From Eledone cirrhosa (lineage: Eukaryota): a DNA stretch of 64,000 bases. Location of the stretch: assembly GCA_964016885.1 (NCBI GenBank), contig OZ024756.1, positions 33,108,001 through 33,172,000 of the forward strand, read 5' to 3'. Below, one piece after another: positions 27,717 to 41,310 of this stretch (positions within the stretch are counted from its first letter, which is position 1; the number at the start of each line of letters is the position of its first letter). The notes beneath the pieces were generated by a model. That model did not search any database. It was given only the letters and a program-made list of their open reading frames with translations, and was not told the DNA's origin. The position numbers and the translations under genes are program-made.

Positions 27717-28703
27717 AGTGTGTGTGTTTGTATGTATGAATGTGTATGGATTTTGCGCTCATACGACAGCATGTGTAAGCATGTGTGCCATTGGTTTTAG
27801 TTTTTGTTGTTTTTATTATTTTGAGATCAGTACAATAAATGCAATAAATGATTAAATAAAATCGATCAGGCAAAGGCCCTGTTTTGTATTTGTTCTTGGT
27901 TTCAGATGTCGACAATTTGTGTTAATAATGCGCTTTGGAAATGTCGGAAACGAAAAGAACCGCCCATTAACCTTTCCTCGATGAGAACTCATAGACAACT
28001 TCCCCTCTCCGCCCGAAGATAACTACCATAGATTACAAATAGTCAATTATAAAATACATTCATTTGATGAAAATTAGTTTGTATGCATAATTTTGTAGAT
28101 CTAGGAAAACCAAATGCATAATTAAAACATAAACAAATGACTTGTTTTTTTATTCTCTTTTATTTCCTTAATACAAATCAATATTGTTCGACCAAAACAT
28201 AATTGCACTACGAATTGACATTTTGTTTTCACCAGAAGCTTTGATATAATTGACGGCTAAAAGGAAAAAGAAAATTGTAATGAAAATTTAATTATACCCT
28301 ACTGTTGATAAAATACATTTGAAAAAAGAGACAAAATGAGGGAGAATTAAATAATCAGATACGATGCTCAAATTAACAATAAAAAAAATAAAGACATGCA
28401 TGTGGTTTAAATAATCTATATGTGATATTTGTTGAAACACTGTAGACCGATTAATCTTTGGGTTAGTTTCAAAAATAGCCATCTTTTTTATTAGCTCACA
28501 TGGGAGTCTATTCATATCCAGTTATTCTGCGTGCTTTAACATAGTAGATGGACTTCGCAGTAAACTATTATCCTACTCTGGTAAATGGAGATACAGTGTG
28601 GCTGATTGTTTAGGGAGTTCGCTTTGCAATCATAATGGCTCGATTATCAATGTTTGTGCGTGTGGGAATGAATTTGAGACGTATATATATATATATATAT
28701 ATA

Positions 28704-28845
28704 AAGAGTCAGATCCCCGACGGCTAAGCTCCGGCCGATTCGACAGCTAGATCAGAACTTTTGCTATTAGCCACTCTACTACCCTAACTATCGAGTACTC
28801 TGTGCGTTATGGTCCAACTGGTATCTTACCACACCTTTTTTTGTT
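28704..28845 (+). mobile_element. TA-embedded family B variant (rearranged)
   Basis: ccccgacggctaagctccggccgattcgacagctag (inverted arm) joined to ctattagccactctactaccc..tatggtccaactggtatcttaccacac. Confidence 0.7.
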
Positions 28846-29077
28846 TTATATTTATATATATAAGCAAATATTTCACCAAGAAATTGATGTACTGAGACCG
28901 ACTTTCGTTGCTATTTCTATCAGTCGCAAAAAAAAGTCACCTGGATTCTGACTATGGGAAGGATATGCTCCTCTAGGGTTTAAATACCTCAAACCAGGCT
29001 GTGTATCAGTACGATGTCTTAACCATTCAGGAGGGGTTAAGAGCCATTTAAATCTCTACATCTTCATTGCCTGATAT

Positions 29078-29270
29078 TAATAATAATTGTTTCTACTTTT
29101 GGCACACGACCAACAAGTATCTCAGTGTATTACTGGTACTTTATTTTATCGACCACGTAAGGATGAAAGGCAAAGATAACCTCAGCGGGATTTGAATTCA
29201 GACCGCAAAGGAACGTAACTCTATGCTGCAAAGCATGGCGTCCGACCCTCTACCGATACTGCCAATCCAT
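29078..29270 (-). mobile_element. SINE family A
   Basis: taataattgtttctacttttggcac..ggatgaaaggcaaag..gggatttgaattcag..ctaccgatactgccaatcca. Confidence 0.9.
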
Positions 29271-29273
29271 CTC

Positions 29274-29378
29274 TAATAATAATTGTTTCTACTTTTGGCA
29301 CAAGGCCATCAAATACCCAGTATATTACTGGTACTTTATTTTATCCACCCCGTAAGGATGAAAGGCAAAGTTAGCCTC
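29274..29378 (-). mobile_element. SINE family A, 3' half (tandem with previous copy)
   Basis: taataattgtttctacttttggcacaaggcc..aaggatgaaaggcaaagttagcctc. Confidence 0.85.
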
Positions 29379-29650
29379 TAATAATAATAATGGAGTTTCA
29401 GGACTGCGTTTTCTTTGTGTGTATATATGCGTATTTATATCTGAGTCTGTGATGTTTTTACATCATTTGTTTGATATGCTTTTAATGTTATTACCAATAT
29501 ATTTGTCGTGACTCCACTGAAAAATCTTGCAGTGATCTTGTTAGTTTAGAAGCAGTAATATATTTTTATGTAGTAAATATTTTGGTCATACTGACCTTTA
29601 AAATAGTAAACATGTGTTTGATAACTTACTTTGTATATGCGTATGTATGA

Positions 29651-29681
<31 letters not shown>

Positions 29682-29685
29682 GTGA

Positions 29686-29729
<44 letters not shown>

Positions 29730-29792
29730 CTGTGTCTGTCTGTATGTGTGTCAGGATATTAAATGAAATAAATATAAACGTATCTATCTATA

Positions 29793-29929
<137 letters not shown>

Positions 29930-29954
29930 AATATATGGCTTTTGAAGATATATA

Positions 29955-30093
29955 GGCTGCCTGATGATTTCTCCCGTATGAAAGAGCTCTAGTCCTGTAG
30001 AAGCCATTTCTATATTAAATATTTATACTCTGCTATGTATTGAATACCTTACTTACTGTGGTTACCCACGATTTAACCCGGGATAAACTTATG

Positions 30094-30095
<2 letters not shown>
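29955..30095 (+). mobile_element. Family C with HHR
   Basis: ggctgc-CTGATGA(29961)-tttctcccgtat-GAAA(29980)..ctGTA-gaagcc, then the family C tail. Confidence 0.75.
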
Positions 30096-30148
<53 letters not shown>

Positions 30149-30168
30149 ATCTGTGTGTGTGTGTGTGC

Positions 30169-30221
<53 letters not shown>

Positions 30222-30981
30222 TATGTCTCTGTGTGTGTGCGTGTGTGTAAAGAAAGAACAATATTAGGGGGTTAAATTCTGGCGAATAAGATAGAAGTAT
30301 CAACAAATCGAAGATCAGAATTATGAAAATATTTTAACTCCATCACGTTGCTGGTACACGAACGACAAAATAAACATTTTACATTAAGTGTGTCTATTTC
30401 CTCACACACATTCATGCTTCCACGTTTATGTATAAACATATATATGTGAGTGCATGCGTATACAATCGTTTATCTACATGTATATATATATATATATATA
30501 TATTTATGTGTGTGTGTGTGTATGTGTGTGTGAGATTGGAATGTCTTTAAATGTCTGGCAATATTTCATTTTATGTTTCAACATATATACAATGTGACTA
30601 TATATATGATGTGTGTTTGTGTGAAGAGATTGCTTATGGCGAAATTGCGTTGTTTTAATGCGTTTACTAATATAATGGAATCATTTAGATATAGAGGAGA
30701 GAAATAAAGGAAGTTTTGTATTATATATATACACAATCTATTTTAAACATGACAGGATATAGGAGATTAAACGTTTGCTATAAAATTCGACTTTATAGAA
30801 AGAATAAAAAAACAAACAATTTGATGTATGTGAATCAATAATATAAAATATTATATCGACGAAAGTTTCGGGTGCCGTTAATGGAACATAATAAATCGCA
30901 ATTATTTTTTTAGGGAAAAATGTATAGAGACAGATATGCAGGTACATACATACGTACATGTATATAACCAGGCACATATAC

Positions 30982-31020
<39 letters not shown>

Positions 31021-31168
31021 CATACATACATACATATATACATACATACATACATACATACATACATACACTCATCAATCTAGCCTACTCTCTATGTATC
31101 TACCCGTTTATCCACATGAACTCCCCAATATCTGTCTGTCTATCTATCTATCTCAATATATATATATA

Positions 31169-31255
<87 letters not shown>

Positions 31256-31434
31256 AGAGAGAGAGAGTATATATATATATATAAAGTAAGAATATTTTCG
31301 AAACAGCGAGTTGGTTTGAAATTATTAGATATTGTAAGCTATCGCCGTATTTTGACTAAAGAAATTAAAGAAATTATTTAGCCTGATAGTGGGGTTAAGA
31401 ACGCTCGGAGAAATGGGAAAAGATGAGTATTGAC

Positions 31435-31495
<61 letters not shown>

Positions 31496-31529
31496 CATAC
31501 CCATTTATGTATGAATGTGTTTATCTATG

Positions 31530-31622
<93 letters not shown>

Positions 31623-31623
<1 letters not shown>

Positions 31624-31683
31624 TATACACAGGCACATAACCCATATATATATATATATATGGGTTATGTGCCTGTGTATATA
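31623..31683. repeat. Perfect inverted repeat around (TA)n
   Basis: tacacaggcacataaccca-(ta)n-tgggttatgtgcctgtgta. Confidence 0.95.
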
Positions 31684-31891
31684 TATATGTCTGAATGCAT
31701 AGAGGCAATAACTGTAATGATATATCATTTAGAATATTTGTTTAATATTTCTTTTGCATACCATAAATGGACTGAATGTATGTGTATGCAATACATATGT
31801 ATACGCATAAGTGTGTATGTTCGTACGAGCGTGAATATATGTAGTGGTCTGAGTTTATATCAATTTATAATTATGTATATACATATATATA

Positions 31892-32015
<124 letters not shown>

Positions 32016-32017
32016 GC

Positions 32018-32054
<37 letters not shown>

Positions 32055-32092
32055 CATGTGTCTATGTATATATATATATATATATATGTATG

Positions 32093-32127
<35 letters not shown>

Positions 32128-32729
32128 ATATACACATAAAAAGAAAATAATATTTTTATGATATATTACGATATCTATTGTCTTCAAGACGAATAATTTT
32201 GCAAATATATTCTCTCTCAATAGGAGTTAATTTTAATTGAAATATCAAGTTTACCAGTGAGATTGATTAGTGTCAGGTTACAAATGTTAAAGAGGTGTAA
32301 TTATGTTCTTCCTGGACAAAACATTATGTTTTATCATAACGAGACAAATGATTAGCAAACAACAACCGTTAATGTACTATCATTGGAATATTAGTTTTAC
32401 CGTGCGATAATGTATGTCTGTATCTATGTTAGAATGTATGTGTGTTAATGCATTATATTTTATAATTATCGTATACAGGCATAGATATACAGATGTACAT
32501 ATGTATTTATACATACAAGTACATATACAGACGCACACACACACACATATGTACATGTCTTCATATGCGTATATATACACAGATATATACAGATATATAT
32601 ATATACATTTTTGATTTTAATTTGATTTGCTGATTTTATGTTATTTTCTACATTCTTGATGTTTGCTTTTCTTTAACAGCCATTCTCGTTATTTTAAGAC
32701 AATGCCAATAATAATAATAATAATTATAA

Positions 32730-32761
<32 letters not shown>

Positions 32762-32782
32762 ATGATAATAATAATAATAATA

Positions 32783-33270
32783 AGCATCCAAACAGACCGA
32801 AAAATAGATGCAAATAGACCTGATATAATATTGAAGGACTTTCAAAGGAGGGTATGCCTGCTAATTGATATGTCTGTTCCAATAGACAAGAATGTATCTA
32901 TAAAAACATTTGAAAAATTGAGCAAGTATAAGGACCTGAAGATAGAAATTGGAAAAATGTGGAAATTGAGAACTAAAACAATACCAGTGGTTGTAGGCGC
33001 TCTGGGAATGATACCTAAGGGGTCTAACGACTACTTATCGCAAATCCCAGGAAACCCGCGTATAGGAGAAATACAAAAGATAATACTAATGGGAACTGCC
33101 CATATACTAAGGAAGATCCTGTCAATATAAGTACATCACAGGTCTAAACACTAAGGATGCATGTGTGAATATGTATGTTCTTTCTTGAACATGGCGGACC
33201 TTGTTGTCTCTTGAGGTCACTGGTTGTGACTTGGTGATAACTCGTATGAACATAAAGCAAGATAAATGCA
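32783..33270 (+). mobile_element. 5'-truncated R4/Dong-like non-LTR retrotransposon (restriction-like endonuclease C-terminus + 3' UTR)
   Basis: In-frame peptide 32783-33130 QTDRKIDANRPDII..LLIDMSVP..EKLSKYKDL..IPVVVGALG..TAHILRK has the PD-(D/E)xK RLE signature of R4-clade elements; flanked by (TAA)n on both sides. Confidence 0.9.
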
Positions 33271-33292
33271 AATAATAATAATAACAATAATT

Positions 33293-33455
33293 TGGAACTG
33301 CCATGAAGTCAAAGTGATCCCGATTGTCATAGGCGCACTAGGAACTATCTCAAAAAGTTTCCAGGGATGGTTAAAGAAAATTGCCCCCTTCACGCTTTTT
33401 GGAACGCTTCAAAAGGCATGCTTGCTGAGAACAGCAAGAACCCTCCGATACGTCC
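33293..33455 (+). mobile_element. Second, distinct R4/Dong-like C-terminal fragment
   Basis: WNCHEVKVIPIVIGALGTISK..LQKACLLRTARTLRYV aligns with the end of the preceding RLE domain; follows a (TAA)n tract. Confidence 0.8.
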
Positions 33456-34096
33456 AAAAAGTTTTAGTCACTATTGTTAAGGTCGTGGTCAGATATTTTA
33501 AGAAATACCGTGATTTAGTGAGGGCTATCATTATTTTCCTTCCTTGTTTTTGCATCTAGTTTAACACCTTTGAGGTCAACGTTATTGCAACATCCCTCGG
33601 TTTATCAATATTTAAAGGTTCGTACTTCTATATTAATTTCATTTAAGAAATATTTGTTATGTAATGTTCTCACTCCTATTTAGGTTAAAGTTGAACGTTA
33701 GTGATATGCTCAGCTTCATGCATGTTAACATCCTGAGCGGACTATATCATTGTCCAAAAGAGGTTCAACTGAAGAATAAATCTGTTTGCATAATATTCTG
33801 TGATGTAGAAGTTCATTTAAATAACCCATCTACAGAATTAATTTTCAACGTCGAAACTGACGGAGAATCTACGAAGAAAATATATATACAGAAAGTAAAA
33901 ATAATAAATTTAAAAAAAGGCGACACTTGTTTCCATCTTTGTAACATACAATTCAGTCAAGTCTAGCAATTTGTAATGTTTGCACTAATCGACAATTTAT
34001 ACAATGTACCAGCTACAGTGCCACCTGCTATTATACAAGAGGGATGTGATAAAATTGGTAGCTTTCTATTATCCAGGATTTGATATACACACATAA

Positions 34097-34191
<95 letters not shown>

Positions 34192-34229
34192 AATTTATAT
34201 ATGTATATATATAAATTTATATATATTTA

Positions 34230-34289
<60 letters not shown>

Positions 34290-34293
34290 AATT

Positions 34294-34411
<118 letters not shown>

Positions 34412-34506
34412 ATTTATATATATAAATATTTATATATATTTATATATATATAGTTTTATATATATTTATATATATATATATAGTTACTTTAGATCGTCTC
34501 TATTCA

Positions 34507-34571
<65 letters not shown>

Positions 34572-34636
34572 GTGTGTGTCTATATATATATATATATACA
34601 CGTATATTTAAAGATATATATATATATACATGTATG

Positions 34637-34673
<37 letters not shown>

Positions 34674-35051
34674 GTATATATATATCTGTATATATATATA
34701 TATATATATATATGGGTGTGTGTGTGTATGTATGTGTGTGTGTGTTTACTGACATTTCCGTCGTACAATGTTCTTTTCATTCCATTATCAAAATGTCACC
34801 TTCATCTAAATATCCTTCCACCAGTATTTTTACACGAGCTCGTCTATAATTTCTATAAAAACAATGGAAACTGTTAATTACACTTACAAAGACTTAACAA
34901 AATAGAGTAGTTGATTTTACAAAAGTCATACCTATATACAAGCAAACATATATACATGCCTATATATATATGTGTGTGTCTGTGTATATATATACACATA
35001 TATATATATAATTATATATACATATAAATGTGAATTGCATGTGTCAGCACA

Positions 35052-35148
<97 letters not shown>

Positions 35149-35301
35149 ATATACAATTATATATATATATATACAATTATATATATATATATACAATTAT
35201 ATATATATATATATACGATTATATATATATATATACAATTATATATATATATACAATTATATATATATATATATACAATTATATATATATATATATACGA
35301 T

Positions 35302-35348
<47 letters not shown>

Positions 35349-35349
35349 A

Positions 35350-35465
<116 letters not shown>

Positions 35466-35496
35466 TATGTATATACATATATATATATATATATAA

Positions 35497-35580
<84 letters not shown>

Positions 35581-35815
35581 GTATATATATATATATATGC
35601 TGACACATGCAATTCACATTTTATATTATGCTCATAATCATTGGCTTTGGTTTTTCTAACACCATTTCTAGAACACCAATCTAGCCCAATCTGCGCGGCG
35701 CTGTGAAATTACTTTTCCTCGTTGGAAATCTTGAGAGAATAGATAGAAATAAATTCGTTAATGGCTTTGTGCCAAAATTCTCTTTTGGACAAAACTCACG
35801 AGGGAAAAAATAACA

Positions 35816-35902
<87 letters not shown>

Positions 35903-36167
35903 TATATATACGTATATATATAACGAAATAACGTAGTAAATAGCCACTTTAAAACCAACGTCCCTGTTATGTTTGAAACAAAAGTTTCTTCTCTGAATAG
36001 AATAATAAAATGAAATGATTCGCATTGGTGATAACCATTTGCCAATATTGAGTAGAGTGTTTTTGAGTTGTGACATTAAACACCGTCAGGTATCCTATTC
36101 TAACAATGATGTTTCTGTCTTTCCTTCTTTCTTTGTTTATCTAATTCTCTCCCGCTATGTTTTTTTT

Positions 36168-36172
36168 TTCTT

Positions 36173-36260
<88 letters not shown>

Positions 36261-36389
36261 TCATTCTTCTTCTACTTCTTCTTCTTCTTCTTCTTCTTCT
36301 TTTTCTTCTTCTTCTTCTTCTTCTTCTTTTTTTCTTACTTCTTCTTCTTCTTCTTCTTGTTCTTCTTCTTGTTCTTCTTCTTCTTTTTT

Positions 36390-36424
<35 letters not shown>

Positions 36425-36486
36425 CTTCTTCTTCTTCTTCTCTATCTCTCCCTTCTATCTCTCATGTCTCTCTCCTCTTTCCTCTC

Positions 36487-36539
<53 letters not shown>

Positions 36540-36560
36540 CTCTTTCACACACACACAATC
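36168..36560. repeat. Compound microsatellite (TTC)n(TTA)n(TTC)n(CT)n
   Basis: Direct reading. Confidence 0.95.
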
Positions 36561-36651
36561 TCTATCTCACACCTGTCTCTCTCCCGTCTCTCTCTATATA
36601 TGTATATATACATGTATATGTATATAAATACATATATATGTATATATACAA

Positions 36652-36702
<51 letters not shown>

Positions 36703-36915
36703 GTAGATAAATCTACCAAGAGTTTCTGAAGACGGCGTATATATGTGTTTGGTATGTATATTTAATCTTGATAATTTGTATAATTTTGTATAATTTTGTA
36801 CATAGATCTGTTGAATATGCATACCAATTATAACACATATATACCCTAGAAACGATCGTTAAATAATGAACTTTTTTTGTTTAATATAAGGAATTGTTTA
36901 TTCATTATTTGTTTA

Positions 36916-36981
<66 letters not shown>

Positions 36982-37232
36982 GAGAGAGAGTGTGGATGTG
37001 TGTGTGATACATGTGTCTGTGTGTGTGATTGTGTCATTGTGTGTGCATGTGACCTATATTACATAACTTCGATAAGAATGTGATGCCCTACTCTAAAATT
37101 TCTTATGTGTAATTGTCGAAACCTTTCTGGCTTCAAATATGATATAGTGGATGATAGCGTGAATTTTTAATACGAAGTTGATATACATACAAATACACAC
37201 ACACATGCTTATATATATACATATATATATAA

Positions 37233-37323
<91 letters not shown>

Positions 37324-37328
<5 letters not shown>

Positions 37329-37430
37329 GTAGAGCACTCAGTCAATGGGACGTGTTAGGTAGAAGTGTTTACACAACAGTTAGTTCATCATACCAAGAAC
37401 AATTGTTTCACCTTAGTGGATCCTCAGCTC
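37324..37430 (-). mobile_element. Family I with intact-looking minimal HHR
   Basis: Reverse complement gag-CTGAGGA-tcc-actaa-ggt-GAAAC-aatt-GTT-ctt, then ggtatgatgaactaactgttg..gagtgctctaccacta as in 21824-21930. Confidence 0.8.
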
Positions 37431-37440
37431 ATATATGTAT

Positions 37441-37690
<250 letters not shown>

Positions 37691-37700
37691 ATGTTTTCTT

Positions 37701-37741
<41 letters not shown>

Positions 37742-38368
37742 AAACATGAGAAGAATGAATACTGCGTGGTTGCACATGGGTTACATATGATAAAAATAGT
37801 CCTTCATCAGTGATTTTCCAACCTTCATTGGTATTTCATCGCTTTAAAAATCATATAACTCCAGTTGGTGCGAGCAATAGCTAAATAAAGCTATTGGGAC
37901 AAGTAAATCGCGTAAAGCGAGCGAGACAGGTAAACAAACATAGAAGGATAGCAACGCAAAGATAGGAAAAACAAGCACATGGGAGTCCGATCAGCTTAAG
38001 CTGTGTGGATTTCATGAGCGAGAGACAGGAGACCGTCCGACGCGAGTGAGGGGTGAGCAAGAAAGGACCCCACTTAAGGCCAAACGGGAGGAAGTGCGAA
38101 GGGGAGAAGCAGAGAGTGAGTGAGTGGAAGTGCGAGGAAGAGGCCAGTCGAGAGAAAGGGTAACTGACAGAGGGGGAGAAAGAAGGTGAGAGAAACAGAG
38201 AGAGGGGGGAAGCAGTAAGAGAGAATCAGACAGACGCAGCTGGGGAAAATATATATAAAAAACATGAGAAGAATGAATATTGCGTGGTTGCACATGGGTT
38301 ACATATGATAAAAATAGTCCTTCATCAGTGATTTTCCAACCTTCATTGGTATTTCCACTCTTTAAACT
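37742..38368 (-). mobile_element. Family D partial tandem (518-bp unit + ~100-bp repeat)
   Basis: catgagaagaatgaata..tccttcatcagtgattttccaaccttcattggtatttc at 37745 and 38263, with a purine-rich spacer. Confidence 0.75.
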
Positions 38369-38370
38369 GA

Positions 38371-38535
38371 AAGCATGTTGTTCGACGCTCCACCGATACT
38401 TCCAATCCACCGAACAAGACTATAATGCGAGGTTCTTTCGTATATTTATGTATGTTCCATCATATGTTCCTGTATAGAAGTTAGACATTTTCATAAACGC
38501 CATTCATGATTTAGACTGTATTGTAACTTTAGGGA
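38371..38535 (-). mobile_element. SINE A head plus shared ~125-bp upstream module
   Basis: ccaccgatacttccaatccacc (SINE head) then gaacaagactataatgcgaggttctttcgtatattt..ttgtaactttaggg, the reverse complement of 50014-50140. Confidence 0.75.
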
Positions 38536-39226
38536 GATTTGCTTCTTATGTTCAGCAGGTCAAAACATTGCTCAGACTCCCCTAAGTTTAGCTTGTAATT
38601 AATTTCACTCATGATTAAGTTTTTCCTTTAGCAATCCTCCCTCAAATCGATATACACAGTAGATATATTGCATTGCTCATAAGTAGTGAGACAAAAATTC
38701 AAAATTATATTTACAATGTAATAAACGATTTTATTGGCTTCAATTCACACCCCCTCTTCATGGGTATAAAATAAGCTACGGTGATGTTTTAGCGTTGGTT
38801 TAATGGTCTATGTATTTTCTTCAGAATTGAGCATCTCGCTTCGATAAAAGAAATTAATATTATTGGCATATCATGTGAAGTCTCAGTTTAAAATATGTAT
38901 AGCTGCCAAGACAGAAAGTCAGTTGCTCTGGTTCTTAATACTGTCAACAAGTATAACCTTTGCCAATATCATATATAAGTTAACAACTCTTTTTTTTTCT
39001 TTTTTTTTTTTTGGCGGATATGGGAATTGTTTATGCAGTTGAACGGTATCATGATTCAAAATATTTCTATTAACCAGGAAATTAACTTTGTAGTGTTATA
39101 ATGAATTCAATAAATGCTTTGGCAATCAACGCACAAAGGGCTGTGAACGATCTAGTATGTAAACTGGAAATATTCTACTCATAGACCTATATCTATATCA
39201 TATATAAGGTGATATATTACATGCAA

Positions 39227-39273
<47 letters not shown>

Positions 39274-39544
39274 GCAGCAAGTGACTATAATAATGTGAGA
39301 CTTATAAATATAATCTTTATCATTTCAGTATATGTGCAATCGCCTACAGTACCTAGCCATTTCCACGTCCCCCACTTGTCAAATAAATAGATTTATGGGA
39401 CAGCAACATTTGCTTCAGCACCAACATAACCAACACCACCACCACCATTACCATCATAATCAATCGTACTACAACACTACACTATAGCACAACACTTTAC
39501 CACATTACGTTTCGAAAGTATCCTCAAATGAAACATGCCCCCAT

Positions 39545-40431
39545 CATCGCCAGCAAACCACATTACCCATCCCAGAAATTTGTTATCCCACTTTACACAT
39601 TTACCTCTTGTAAAGATCCTCACATCACCCCAAGCAACCCATACTCCCCATCCCAGAATTTGTTATCCCACTTTACCAATTTACCTCTATAAAGCTTCCT
39701 CACATCACCACAAGCAACCCATACTCCCCATCCCAGAATTTGTTATCCCACTTTACGAATTTACCTCTATAAAGCTTCCTCACATCACCACAAGCAACCC
39801 ATACTCCCCATCCCAGAAATTTGTAATCCCACTTTACAAATTTACCTCTTGTAAAGATCCTCACATCACCACAAGCAACCCATACTCCCCATCCCAGAAT
39901 TTGTTATCCCACTTTACGAATTTACCTCTATAAAGCTTCCTCACATCACCACAAGCAACCCATACTCCCCATCCCAGAAATTTGTAATCCCACTTTACAA
40001 ATTTACCTCTTGTAAAGATCCTCACATCACCACAAGCAACCCATACTCCCCATCCCAGAATGTGTTATCCCACTTTACGAATTTACCTCTATAAAGCTTC
40101 CTCACATCACCACAAGCAACCCATACTCCCCATCCCAGAAATTTGTAATCCCACTTTACAAATTTACCTCTTGTAAAGATCCTCACATCACCACAAGCAA
40201 CCCATACTCCTCATCCCAGAATTTGTTATCCCACTTTACGAATTTACCTCTATAAAGCTTCCTCACATCACCACAAGCAACCCATACTCCCCATCCCAGA
40301 AATTTGTAATCCCACTTTACAAATTTACCTCTTGTAAAGATCCTCACATCACCACAAGCAACCCACACTCCCCATCCCAGAAATTTATTATCCCACTTTA
40401 CGAATTTACCTCTAGTAAGGATTCTCACATC
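39545..40431. repeat. Minisatellite of alternating 80/81-bp units (161-bp higher-order repeat), ~11 units
   Basis: cacatcacc starts at 39621, 39701, 39781, 39862, 39942, 40023, 40103, 40184, 40264 and 40345. Confidence 0.97.
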
Positions 40432-41164
40432 AACGCTACCATTATAACCCTAGTCACCATCACTATTCTTATAATGCACAATATTGCTCTACGACCAACG
40501 TCTCTCTTTCGTTTCCCTCCTCTCACAATTTAAAGTATCTCTTGACACTTTGGGTTTTGTTTCTCTGTTTCTCTATTTGTAATTGTATAATTAAATTCGA
40601 TTTGTTCAATGTTTTCATTATGTATTTTTTTATTTTCCTCCTTCTCCTCCCTTTCTGCGTGTGTATTTCCTGATTTGTTCATTTCAATTAAAAAGAGGAA
40701 ATTTAATATTTTGACAGTTGTTATCAATATATTTAAGGTTACAGTGTTAGGACCGTGAAGTTTGCGTGTCAAATCAATATCCTAATACTAAATACGTAAT
40801 ATTTGTTATTTTATTTAATTAATGATTTCAACTCTATTATTTCTTTTTTGTTTAAAAATTTCCGCTCTGTATCTAATGTTATACATACACTGTCATGCCC
40901 CGAAGATTGTTATGGCTTTATAATTTTTAATATAAAAAAAGATCAATTGTGTTGCTTCATCTTATTCAGAGAATCTTTAAGAAATATTGAACGTTATTTT
41001 ATAGAGAATAATCTTATAAATATGATACATAAGATATATAAACCTATGATTGCTACCGTAATTCTTCTATTTCACCAACTACTATCTATTTATATTGTCG
41101 ATGTGCTTCAGCATAGGGAATAAGTTATTAAAAACGTTTAATTAACCATATGTATTGTACATGT

Positions 41165-41310
41165 ATACGCGAGTTCTAGTCCTTGAGTTGTTAATCCTAC
41201 GGTCGTAGGTCATGTGCCCTGTCCTCGGAGCAGGCTGCTCGATGTTCCCTCTTAAATATGGTACTTTATTAATCATTGCCCAGTACTGTCAGCTAAAATG
41301 TGGGGTGGGA
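41165..41310 (+). mobile_element. Highly degenerate CORE-type SINE relic
   Basis: ggtcgtaggt..gatgttccctcttaaatatggtactttattaatcattgcccagtactgtcagctaaaatg. Confidence 0.35.

Noticed and set aside
33664-33966. 100-aa ORF of ordinary composition
   Set aside because: No recognisable domain or splice context
39535-39933. 132-aa Pro/His-rich ORF, and the array as a possible CRISPR
   Set aside because: Translation of an 80/81-bp minisatellite (unit length breaks frame); no unique spacers and eukaryotic context
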